This document shows, piece after piece, positions 8,478-17,522 of a stretch of 64,000 nt of DNA. The DNA comes from Bacteroidales bacterium (GTDB lineage: Bacteria > Bacteroidota > Bacteroidia > Bacteroidales > UBA1715), in NCBI GenBank assembly GCA_045599365.1, contig JAZRVS010000032.1, positions 236 to 64,235 of the forward strand, in the 5' to 3' direction. The notes below the pieces were generated by a model. It searched no databases. It saw only the letters and a program-made list of their open reading frames with translations, and had not been told where the DNA came from. Both the position numbers and the translations under genes were made by a program. The first letter of the stretch is position 1; the number at the start of each line of letters is the position of its first letter.

Positions 8478-10877
8478 TTAAATTTTCATAGTTAATTTTA
8501 GATTTAATCTGCGAGATGTTAAGTAATTTGGTACAGCGAAATATTTATTGGAAACATCTTCAATCCAGAAGTATGAAATTTTGTTGGCATTATCAAACAA
8601 ATTGAAAATTTCCAATCCCAAAGCAAGGTTCTTTATTTTTGATTTGGATAGTTGTAATTTTTCATCAATAAAAACATACAAAAATCCAATATCCAAACGG
8701 GTGTACGATGAAATTTTATAATCATCAAATTCTTCATATGTTGCTGTTGGTGTTGCAGTTGGAATATTCGTGCCAGCAATAAAGGTCATATTCATTTTCA
8801 AGCGTTCGCTACCAGGAAGAAAATCTTGGAAGAACATACTGAAATTGAGAAATTGATCGTTTGCGCGGCGAATTTCTTCCGTTGATTTATTGGCTAAATG
8901 TTCTCGTGCGCGCATAAGAGAAATGTTTATCCACGACTCTACACCAGGAACGAATTCCCCATTGAGTTTCGTATCTATACCTGTAATGTAGCCGTCGGCG
9001 CGTAGATTTGGATAATATGAAATGGTAACATTGTCAATGGTGTAGGGAATAACATCTCGGAGAACCTTTGCATATAGTTCAGTATTCCAAAAAAAAGGTC
9101 TGCTCCATAGCGTAAGGTCTTGCGAGTATCCAAACACAAAATGTGTAGATTTCTGAGGTTTGATGTTAGTATAGAATCTTCCGCTATTATCCACCAGTTC
9201 CTTGAATTCTGTAGGTTGATAGTAGATGCCCGAAGCAAAGGAAATTCTATTGCTTTTTGCGTTGTTTGGTTTAAACAAAAATCTAATACGTGGATTCAAT
9301 AAAATTTTTTCAGAATACGTGTCGTATGTACCACGTATGCCCGCATTAATTTTGAGTGTTGACTGTTGCTCGTTGTTGAAGTAAAATCTTCGTGATACTC
9401 CTGCGTAGGTTGCTCCAATCGTTTGATTGTGCGTTATTTTTGAATTTGCCGTGTTTTTCAGCAAAATTGCTGTGTCGGAATAAGGATGGGCATAATTCGC
9501 GGAATCTATGTATGTCCACTCGTTGTACAACGCGTTATATTCCGATGAACTAATTGATGCGCCCCAGATTATGGATAGTGGTCCCAATATGTGGCAACCA
9601 TCGTGCATAACGGTTATGTTATTTGTTTTGAGCTTGTTTCGTCCGTGTTCAAGGAAGCTTCCTATTGCTAAAATTGCCGAGGAATCTTCAACTAATTTAT
9701 CTCCGTTGTTAAAACTTTCGCTCAACCGGTACTGACTTAGCACATCAAAATTTTCATCTTCCAGTGCGTGATAATACAATGCCTTAAAGTCAAGTTTTGT
9801 TCGGTGTGAAGGCATATAACTGAGAGATAGCGAGTTACCCAAATTTTGGTAGGTGTACTTTTCTTCTCCTTCAAAATAAATAGTCATTTTGTACGATTTT
9901 GTTTGACTGCCAAAATCTGTCATTCGTTTGTCTGGTAGAAAAGAATAGGTGTTGTTTGCTCCATAAATCCAGTACGATAGTGTAAGTTTTGGGTTGATTT
10001 TGTATTTCATCAAACTTTGAAAATCGTAAAATACAGGTTTGTATTCCCCCGTTTCATCGAGTGTTTTGAGTACGAGTGATGTGTTTTTGTATCGTACACC
10101 AGCAAGAATACTGAATCTCTGAGACTTATCGGTACCTTGAGCAGTAATGTTTACATCCATAAAACTTGCATCGGCCTGTATTTGAAACTCTTCAACGTCT
10201 TTGTATGTTACGTTTAAGACACTTGACATTTTGTCGCCGTAGTTGATGTCAAACCCACCGCTGGAAAAATCAACTCTGTCAACCATATACGGATTGATAA
10301 TACTTAATCCTTCTTGTTTGTCGGAACGAGCCATCGTTGGTTTGAAGGCTGGGACCCCATTGACGTAAACCAAATTCTCGTCATAACTTCCACCACGTAC
10401 TGAATATTGGGAACTTAGTTCAGATTTTGTATTTACACCAGCAAATGTTTTTAAACCGCCTTCTATACCTGAAAGTGACAATCCTGTTATTGCAGTAGCC
10501 TTTTCCGATGAAAGACTTGTGATGTTTTCTTCAGCTTCTTTGTTGTATGATATTTTGACTTTGGGTATTTCAAATACGTTGATTTTCAGTACGGGAGAGT
10601 ATGTTTTCTTTTCAGTCGTCAGTGTTATTTCTGTGGTATGATCAAAATAACCCATTTTACTAAAAAAAATGGTTGATTTTTGATTTAATGGAAGTTCAAT
10701 CTGATAATGCCCATCTTCCTTGGTAATAACAAGCGAATTTGTTTCAGTGCACGAGATGGTTGCAAACGGAATGGCATTCCCTTTTTGATCAACGACTTTC
10801 CCCTGCAGAATACCTTTGTCTTGTGCAAAAACAATGTTTGCAGCACAAAGAAAAAATATACAGAGAAATTGTTTCAT
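8478..10877 (-). CDS. TonB-dependent-receptor-like outer-membrane beta-barrel with CarboxypepD_reg domain
   Basis: Signal peptide MKQFLCIFFLCAANIVFAQ followed by GKVVDQKGNAIPFATI, then about 700 aa of aromatic-rich beta-barrel ending in ...LKLTMKI. Confidence 0.75.
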   Translation of the reverse strand: MKQFLCIFFLCAANIVFAQDKGILQGKVVDQKGNAIPFATISCTETNSLVITKEDGHYQIELPLNQKSTIFFSKMGYFDHTTEITLTTEKKTYSPVLKINVFEIPKVKISYNKEAEENITSLSSEKATAITGLSLSGIEGGLKTFAGVNTKSELSSQYSVRGGSYDENLVYVNGVPAFKPTMARSDKQEGLSIINPYMVDRVDFSSGGFDINYGDKMSSVLNVTYKDVEEFQIQADASFMDVNITAQGTDKSQRFSILAGVRYKNTSLVLKTLDETGEYKPVFYDFQSLMKYKINPKLTLSYWIYGANNTYSFLPDKRMTDFGSQTKSYKMTIYFEGEEKYTYQNLGNSLSLSYMPSHRTKLDFKALYYHALEDENFDVLSQYRLSESFNNGDKLVEDSSAILAIGSFLEHGRNKLKTNNITVMHDGCHILGPLSIIWGASISSSEYNALYNEWTYIDSANYAHPYSDTAILLKNTANSKITHNQTIGATYAGVSRRFYFNNEQQSTLKINAGIRGTYDTYSEKILLNPRIRFLFKPNNAKSNRISFASGIYYQPTEFKELVDNSGRFYTNIKPQKSTHFVFGYSQDLTLWSRPFFWNTELYAKVLRDVIPYTIDNVTISYYPNLRADGYITGIDTKLNGEFVPGVESWINISLMRAREHLANKSTEEIRRANDQFLNFSMFFQDFLPGSERLKMNMTFIAGTNIPTATPTATYEEFDDYKISSYTRLDIGFLYVFIDEKLQLSKSKIKNLALGLEIFNLFDNANKISYFWIEDVSNKYFAVPNYLTSRRLNLKLTMKI

Positions 10878-10993
10878 TCCACAAAAATACATAAAACCAA
10901 TTTAGAAACGATATAAAAGAAATGATATTATAAAATAGAATGGATAATAGTTTATATTTACAAAAAATTTGGGAGATACATATTTCGTTTAAG

Positions 10994-11464
10994 ATGAAGA
11001 AGATTTTAGTACTATTTGCTGTGGCGTTATTGTTTGTCTCGTGCGCAAAAAAAAATCCGATTGTTTTTCAAAAAAAAACAGATTTATTAGAAGTAACAGT
11101 AAGTCTTGATACCAATAATACGTTTCGTTATACTGCTAATAGTCCTATTGGCGCTGCATTTGATGAATCGGGAACATATAGTATTAAGGATTCGTTATTG
11201 ATATTACAGTTTAAATATGACAATTACGAACATCTTTGTTATACAGTTCCGTTGACAAATGATACTTCTATTATTGCAACGGTAGGAAATACGACATTCC
11301 TTTTCCCGACAGTAAAGGAAATTGAGGAATCAGGTTTTCATAGAACGGAAGCAGATATTATATTAGAATTGAATGAATTACAATCAAATTCTCAATTGCA
11401 AGATTCTATAGGGACTCGTTATTTAAAAATGATTTCAGGGGATTTGTCGTTAATTTTAAAATAG
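10994..11464 (+). CDS. lipoprotein, unknown function
   Basis: MKKILVLFAVALLFVSCAKK carries a lipobox. Confidence 0.5.
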   Translation: MKKILVLFAVALLFVSCAKKNPIVFQKKTDLLEVTVSLDTNNTFRYTANSPIGAAFDESGTYSIKDSLLILQFKYDNYEHLCYTVPLTNDTSIIATVGNTTFLFPTVKEIEESGFHRTEADIILELNELQSNSQLQDSIGTRYLKMISGDLSLILK

Positions 11465-11465
11465 G

Positions 11466-12215
11466 ATGGAAATTAGTAAAAATAAGATAAAGTATTTTGC
11501 AACATTTGCTAAAAAGAAAATTCGAGATGAGTCGGGATTGTTTATCGTTGAGGGTAATAAAATGGTGGCAGAGTTGTTACAGACTGATTACCAGATAGAG
11601 GCGATAGTGGCGACAAAAGAGTGGCTTACAAACAATACGTTACGTTGTGAGTATTATGAGGCGACATACGAAGAAATAAGTAAAATTTCTTTATTGCAAC
11701 ATCCACAAGATGTGTGGGCTTTAGTAAGAAAGAAGTCTATTAGTTCTGATATTGTGTTGAACAATTCATTGATATTGGCATTGGATGGTGTTCAAGATCC
11801 TGGAAATATGGGAACAATTATTCGGCTTGCCGATTGGTATGGGATATCACAAATTATTTGTTCAAAAGAATGTGTTGATGTGTATAATCCTAAGGTTGTT
11901 CAAGCTACAATGGGCGCAATTTATAGAGTGTCGGTTATTTATGTTGATTTATCTTTGTTTTTATCAAATCAAATAGATCAAGAAATATATATTGCTGATA
12001 TGAGTGGCGAAAATGTATATACAACTGAATTAAAACAAAAGGCAATACTTGTAATGGGAAATGAAGGTAATGGTATTAGTGAAGAAGTTGCAAAAGTTGC
12101 GACAAAAAAAATTCATATTCCAACATTTAATGTGAACCAAACATCTGAATCACTTAATGTTGCAATTGCGACAGCCGTGCTATGTTCTGAATTCAAAAGA
12201 AGAACAATCAATTAA
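11466..12215 (+). CDS. TrmH/SpoU-family RNA 2'-O-methyltransferase
   Basis: Contains the SpoU motifs DGVQDPGNMGTIIR, VMGNEGNGIS and SLNVAIATAV. Confidence 0.8.
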   Translation: MEISKNKIKYFATFAKKKIRDESGLFIVEGNKMVAELLQTDYQIEAIVATKEWLTNNTLRCEYYEATYEEISKISLLQHPQDVWALVRKKSISSDIVLNNSLILALDGVQDPGNMGTIIRLADWYGISQIICSKECVDVYNPKVVQATMGAIYRVSVIYVDLSLFLSNQIDQEIYIADMSGENVYTTELKQKAILVMGNEGNGISEEVAKVATKKIHIPTFNVNQTSESLNVAIATAVLCSEFKRRTIN

Positions 12216-12230
12216 AGATGAAAACTATAT

Positions 12231-12377
12231 ACAAGTTGGTCGCATAATTATTCTCAATTAGGCATCAGCAGTTAGTTTTCAGTCTTGTTCCCATAATAGT
12301 AAGTTGATTACACAAAGAGATTTATCTGACGACTAATAATTGGCAACTAAATTACTATCAAGATGTATATCATTACC
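12231..12377 (+). repeat. ~150-bp dispersed intergenic repeat, copy 2
   Basis: See copy 1. It fills the whole gap between convergent trmH-like and GT4 genes, ending at the GT4 stop codon. Confidence 0.8.
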
Positions 12378-13496
12378 TTAAAGATTGTTATAAACTTCGA
12401 TTGTATTTTTTGCGAAATTTTCTAAAGAGAATTTCTTCATTTGAATTAAACCTTCATCAACAAGGTGCGAACGAAGATTTGGATTTTCGTGTAAGTCAAG
12501 CATTGCTTGAGAAATACTTTCAATTTTGTATGGGTCAACGTAGTACCCTGCAGGTCCACCAACTTCAGGTAGAGAAGATGTGTTTGCTAAAATAGTTGGC
12601 GTTTTGCTTTTGAAAGCTTCTAAAATTGGAATGCCAAAACCTTCATATTTTGAAGGATATAAGAAAAATTCTGCACATTGGTACAAAATTGGCAACACAT
12701 CATTTTCAATGTTAGAACGGAGTAGAATTCTGTCCTGTAAATTGTGAGTTTCTATATAAGCGAGTAATTTTTTATAGTATTCTCGACCTTTACCAACAAT
12801 AACGAGAGGTATATCAATTTTATTACGGATTTCGTTGTAGGCTTCAACAAGGGTTAGAACATTTTTTCTATCCATAATTGCACCAACGTAAAGCATATAC
12901 TTAGGGGGAATATTCAAATTCTTTAAAACTGTTTCTTTTTGTTGACTAGAGAATTCTTGGTCAAAAATATCGCTACACGTTTGGTAAACCACGTGAATTT
13001 TTTGAGGATTAACATTGAAATGTTTGATAATATCGTTTTTTGTTGCTTCGCTCGTTGCAATGATTGCGTTAGAATTGGTACAAGCGTTTTGCCACTTTAA
13101 ATCGTATATTTTTTTATCAATCAATGGAAAATCGGCAGGAAATAATTTATAAATTAAGTCGTGAATTGTAACAACAGATTTTATGTTTGTATTTTCAATT
13201 CCAATTGGAAGTTCATGACTTAAACCATGGTAAATATCAATGTCATTGTCAGCAAGCGAATTGATGATAGTTCGCGTTCTCCAAACTGATTTTGATGTAA
13301 AAATACTAGGACAAACAACTTCAAAATTTTGGGTAAAAAAATAACTTTCTTCTTTGTATGTTACAGATGGTGTAAAAAGGATATATGAATTTTCTGGATA
13401 ATATTGATATAAGCTACGAATTAAACTTCGGCTATAATTGCCGAGACCAGTTCCATTGTGAAACAATCGTTTTGCATCAAATCCAATTCGTAACAT
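12378..13496 (-). CDS. glycosyltransferase, GT4/GT1 (GT-B) family
   Basis: The C-terminal domain carries the ...PSKYEGFGIPILEA... motif. Confidence 0.8.
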   Translation of the reverse strand: MLRIGFDAKRLFHNGTGLGNYSRSLIRSLYQYYPENSYILFTPSVTYKEESYFFTQNFEVVCPSIFTSKSVWRTRTIINSLADNDIDIYHGLSHELPIGIENTNIKSVVTIHDLIYKLFPADFPLIDKKIYDLKWQNACTNSNAIIATSEATKNDIIKHFNVNPQKIHVVYQTCSDIFDQEFSSQQKETVLKNLNIPPKYMLYVGAIMDRKNVLTLVEAYNEIRNKIDIPLVIVGKGREYYKKLLAYIETHNLQDRILLRSNIENDVLPILYQCAEFFLYPSKYEGFGIPILEAFKSKTPTILANTSSLPEVGGPAGYYVDPYKIESISQAMLDLHENPNLRSHLVDEGLIQMKKFSLENFAKNTIEVYNNL

Positions 13497-13499
13497 ATC

Positions 13500-14216
13500 T
13501 TAAAAATTAGCTAAAATATTGACAATATGTATTGGTTTTATAGGAATATTGTTTCGTTCAACGTACGCGTTGATATTCATTAAACAAGAGAATTCTGTTC
13601 CTGTAATATATTCTGCACCGGAATCTAAAGCATATCGAACTTTTTGTTCAACCATAGCAGAGGAAATGTCTTTTTGCTTTATTGAGAATGTGCCACCAAA
13701 ACCGCAACAAGTTGTACTTTCCTCCATTTCAACGATTTCAATTCCTTTAACATTTTGCAAAAGAGTGCGTGGCTCTGTTGTCATTCCGTATTCACGAAGA
13801 GCCGAACACGAGTCATGAACAGTCACTTTGCCGTTGAAAGTAGAACCTAAATCGGTAATATTTAGAACATTTACGAGAAAATCACAAATGTCAAATAGTC
13901 TATTGGAAAGGTTTTGTGCTTGAAGTTTTTCTTCTTCGTTGTCGAACAAATCTGCGTAGCGTCGTTTTATGAACCCAGTACAAGAACCACCTGGACTTAC
14001 AATATAATTAGAACCAGTAAAGTCTTTTAAAAATTTACGAGCCAATTCTTTGGATTGACTTGTATATCCACTATTAAATTGTGGCTGTCCGCAACACGTT
14101 TGATTTTGATCGTAGTGAATATTACAACCAACATGTTTCAATATTTTTATCAAATTTTCTCCAATTAGAGGTTCAATTTGATCAACAAAGCACGGAATAA
14201 ATAGATCTACTTCCAT
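13500..14216 (-). CDS. (Fe-S)-binding CCG-domain oxidoreductase, LutA/GlpC-like
   Basis: MEVDLFIPCFVDQ...CCGQP...CCGFGG shows the duplicated cysteine-rich CCG motif. Start moved to 14216 to avoid overlap with the upstream gene. Confidence 0.7.
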   Translation of the reverse strand: MEVDLFIPCFVDQIEPLIGENLIKILKHVGCNIHYDQNQTCCGQPQFNSGYTSQSKELARKFLKDFTGSNYIVSPGGSCTGFIKRRYADLFDNEEEKLQAQNLSNRLFDICDFLVNVLNITDLGSTFNGKVTVHDSCSALREYGMTTEPRTLLQNVKGIEIVEMEESTTCCGFGGTFSIKQKDISSAMVEQKVRYALDSGAEYITGTEFSCLMNINAYVERNNIPIKPIHIVNILANF

Positions 14217-14281
14217 CAAAAAATCTTTATTTGCAAATGTAATTATTTTGCTTTTAAAAAAAGTGGCGAAATGTAAAAGAA

Positions 14282-15712
14282 TTATAGTGATGCTGTTTTT
14301 TCTTTTACATCGTAAGAAACAATTATTGCAATGAATCCCCAAAATAGAGATGCAACTTTGTCCATATCAAGAAAATCATTCAAAAATGCGTGTAGATAAT
14401 AGGTTATTAGTCCCAGTAGTAAGAGCAGTACGGTTTCTTTTATCCGTTCGTTTTGTGTTTGATTGTACAAATTGAATCCAATAATTAAAACGGTAATGAG
14501 AATTGCCACAAAAGATAAACAGCCTAATAAACCTGCATCAGCCAATAATCCTAAATATTCGCTATGAGCGTTTCCTCCATTTGCGGCATTGGTGCTAATT
14601 ACGGTTTTATCTTCCGAATGTTGAAATGGTGCATAAAGAAACATATATGTGCCTGGTCCGAATCCGCAAATAGGGCGTTCTTGAAACATTCGTATGGCGC
14701 TCTTCCAACGATTTATTCGTTCTGTGTTGGAATCGTCAGATGAGGTATTACTCACCGATTTTAGATGCGATAGGAAGTCTGTGCTTGAAACTTCGGTATT
14801 TTTTGACATTTTGTACATAATGTCATTATAAAATGGAGCGATGAGCAAAATAGCGCATAAACCTGTAATAATGAGTGTTTTTATTTTTATGCGAAGTTTT
14901 AAAACTATCCATAATGCAAATACCGCTAAAATCCCTAGCCAAGCAGCTCGTGTATATGAAAATAGTAATGCAGTGCAAAGCAATAGTAGTAAAAGTATGT
15001 TGAAAAATCTAAAACTAAAGTTGTTCCTTGATTGTTTTATTACAATAAACATTGCTGGTATTAGAAGAGCCAATGAAGCGCCATACGAAGTGTGATCTTT
15101 GAAAAAAGGTTGCATCACTCGGTATGATGCATCATGCGAAAAATATGATGCTGAGTGAATTATTAGGGTATATGTGATTACAATGGAAAATCCTAAAACG
15201 TAAGCTAAAATATATTTTATGATGTTCTTTTCATCGACAACGAATTGCGTTACAATGAAATAAAAACAAACGATAAACCAAATTCTAGTTAGTAAATATT
15301 TGAAAGAAACTATCGGCATTTCGGATAATAACGAGGTGATGAAGAGCCAACCTAAGTAGATGTATATACAAATGCTAACAGGATGTTTGAGGATTTCTTT
15401 GTCAAATTTTTTTTCGCTAATAAGTTTTAGAAAAAAAATTACCATTGTTAAAAACAAAAATGGTTCAGTTGGCAAACTCATATTGAGAGGCGTGTTGGGG
15501 ATAAATTCCGATAGTTCTACAGATAGTGGCGTAAAGAACATTATGAGAATCAGCAATTTGTCTAATGCAAAAAACGATAGAAAGCACAACGCAAGAACGA
15601 AAGGTACTAATGAAACGAGATAGGATTCATTCCAAATACCAATCATACTTGCGACGATGAAAACTATTGCCGCAATGTAGGTGGAAATGATTTTTTTTTG
15701 TTCTGAAATCAC
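14282..15712 (-). CDS. O-antigen ligase / Wzy_C-domain polytopic membrane protein
   Basis: About 11 predicted TM helices and the FSYTRAAWLGILAV motif typical of the O-antigen ligase family. Confidence 0.7.
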   Translation of the reverse strand: MISEQKKIISTYIAAIVFIVASMIGIWNESYLVSLVPFVLALCFLSFFALDKLLILIMFFTPLSVELSEFIPNTPLNMSLPTEPFLFLTMVIFFLKLISEKKFDKEILKHPVSICIYIYLGWLFITSLLSEMPIVSFKYLLTRIWFIVCFYFIVTQFVVDEKNIIKYILAYVLGFSIVITYTLIIHSASYFSHDASYRVMQPFFKDHTSYGASLALLIPAMFIVIKQSRNNFSFRFFNILLLLLLCTALLFSYTRAAWLGILAVFALWIVLKLRIKIKTLIITGLCAILLIAPFYNDIMYKMSKNTEVSSTDFLSHLKSVSNTSSDDSNTERINRWKSAIRMFQERPICGFGPGTYMFLYAPFQHSEDKTVISTNAANGGNAHSEYLGLLADAGLLGCLSFVAILITVLIIGFNLYNQTQNERIKETVLLLLLGLITYYLHAFLNDFLDMDKVASLFWGFIAIIVSYDVKEKTASL

Positions 15713-16743
15713 TATTCTTGAACTTCTTTTTCCAACTCTTCTTTACGATGAAAATCGTTGACGAGTTCTATGAAAACGAGAACTATGAACGTAAATATAA
15801 ATGTAGCAAGAGTTGTTATTCCGACAATGATTGTACGTTTTGGCTTAGCTTTTTTGTCTGGAACTTGAGCCTTGTTCACAACGAAATAGTGACTTAATGT
15901 TTGTTCTGCATCAACCTTGGCTTCTTTATATTTTTGATTTAATGCACTTAAATTTTCGCTTTCAAATTCCAAGAAATCTCGAAGAGAAACATAGGCTGCG
16001 CCATATTTAGCTAACGTATCAAGTTGAGATTTTACTCGTTCCGCTCCTTTTGTGTTCCCTGATGCAACAGCTTGAGCGTAAGCTTCGTTTACGACTTCAG
16101 ATTGTGATTCATAGTCGTAAATACCTTTCAACATAATTTGTTGTAGAGAGTCTTTATAGAGAGAAATTTGTGCTTCTTTTGCTTTGTATTCGTTTTCAAC
16201 AATTCTCATTGTCTCTTTTGCACGTTTCTGTTCCATTTGGTTCATAATGGTATCAATTAAAGCAGCAAGATCGTTTGCCATTAAAGCCGCGGTATCTGGG
16301 TTTGCATCAAGAACAGAAATTTCAACAGCCATATATTCTGTGCGTTTAGCAGAAATACGTTTGTTGTATTTTTTTAACATTTTGTCATTTGGATGGGAAA
16401 CAGTGGCAGAATCAATGCCGTAGTGTTGCCATAAGTTATGTTTTTGAATCATTTTGGTTCGTAACTCATCGCTGTTTAGAACTTGAAGAAGTTGTTCTGT
16501 TTCTTTGTCTTCACCATAAATAGATTCAATTTTTGCCGCATCTTTTACTTTGATGTGTTCCGAAATAGGAAGTGATGGTGCAGGATACACAACGACAGAC
16601 GAACGATATAACGGAGTTATAAGTAAAGAAATTATAATGGCAACTACGGCACCAATAATCGTTGTTATAAAAAGAGGTTTTTTGTACTGAAAAACTTTGA
16701 AAATCAAATCGTGAGATTCAAAAGAGTAGCGATTATTTTCCAT
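15712..16743 (-). CDS. Wzz-like polysaccharide chain-length determinant protein
   Basis: An N-terminal TM helix followed by PLYRSSVVVYP, a long coiled-coil periplasmic region and a C-terminal TM helix. Confidence 0.6.
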   Translation of the reverse strand: MENNRYSFESHDLIFKVFQYKKPLFITTIIGAVVAIIISLLITPLYRSSVVVYPAPSLPISEHIKVKDAAKIESIYGEDKETEQLLQVLNSDELRTKMIQKHNLWQHYGIDSATVSHPNDKMLKKYNKRISAKRTEYMAVEISVLDANPDTAALMANDLAALIDTIMNQMEQKRAKETMRIVENEYKAKEAQISLYKDSLQQIMLKGIYDYESQSEVVNEAYAQAVASGNTKGAERVKSQLDTLAKYGAAYVSLRDFLEFESENLSALNQKYKEAKVDAEQTLSHYFVVNKAQVPDKKAKPKRTIIVGITTLATFIFTFIVLVFIELVNDFHRKEELEKEVQE

Positions 16744-16744
16744 G

Positions 16745-17359
16745 TTATTTGAATAAGCCAAAAAGTTCTGCGTCAATTCTGTTAATTATTTTGCTAAAAT
16801 CGGAAGGATTATCAATAAAATTGATTGAGTCTGTGTCAATGATAAGAGTACGACCATCGTACGATTTAATCCACGTATCGTATCTTCGATTTAAACTTTC
16901 TAAGTAATCAATACGAATGGCATTTTCGTACTCACGACCTTTGCATTGAATTCGTCTTACCAAAGTTGGAATGGATGCTTTAAGGTAAATTAACAAATCT
17001 GGTGTTTGTGTTAATTGTTCTATTTGACGGAACAAGGAAAAATAAGTTTCAAAATCTCGAGTTGCCATTAATCCCATCCCATGAAGATTTGGTGCGAAAA
17101 TATACGCGTCTTCGTATATCGTTCTGTCTTGAATTACATCCTTACCCGAATTACGAATATTCATAATACTTTGCAATCTATTGTGCAAATATGAAATTTG
17201 GACGTTGAATGCCCAAGCTTTCATATCTTGATAAAAATCGTTTAAGTATGGATTATCATCAACAACTTCGTAGTTTGCTTCCCAGTTGTAATGTTTTGCC
17301 AACATTCCTGTTAATGTTGTTTTTCCAACGCCAATGTTTCCTGCAACAGCTATATGCAT
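16745..17359 (-). CDS. deoxynucleoside kinase
   Basis: P-loop IAVAGNIGVGKTTL plus dNK-family sequence (DRTIYED). Confidence 0.85.
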   Translation of the reverse strand: MHIAVAGNIGVGKTTLTGMLAKHYNWEANYEVVDDNPYLNDFYQDMKAWAFNVQISYLHNRLQSIMNIRNSGKDVIQDRTIYEDAYIFAPNLHGMGLMATRDFETYFSLFRQIEQLTQTPDLLIYLKASIPTLVRRIQCKGREYENAIRIDYLESLNRRYDTWIKSYDGRTLIIDTDSINFIDNPSDFSKIINRIDAELFGLFK

Positions 17360-17379
17360 ATCAAAAAATATTTAGTATG

Positions 17380-17387
17380 CAAAGTTA
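17380..17387 (-). promoter_or_regulatory. -7 element TAACTTTG (minus strand) for the dNK/wzz/ligase cluster
   Basis: TAnnTTTG, 21 nt upstream of start 17359. Confidence 0.45.
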
Positions 17388-17490
17388 CAAAAAGTATGTG
17401 AAATTAAAAATTCAAATAGCGACACAATTACATTTTATGAAAGAAATATGAATTTAGCGTTAAGCGATGTCATAGATTGCCAAATTTATG

Positions 17491-17498
17491 TACCTTTG
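17491..17498 (+). promoter_or_regulatory. -7 element TACCTTTG for pheT
   Basis: TAnnTTTG, 25 nt upstream of ATG 17523. Confidence 0.45.
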
Positions 17499-17522
17499 CG
17501 TGACTAAAATTATAGGTATAAT

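Noticed and set aside
10882-10889. TATTTTTG promoter-like octamer (minus strand) upstream of the TonB-dependent receptor
   Set aside because: It lies only 5 nt from the signal-peptide start codon at 10877, so the predicted TSS would fall inside the ATG. It is probably a chance match in AT-rich DNA.
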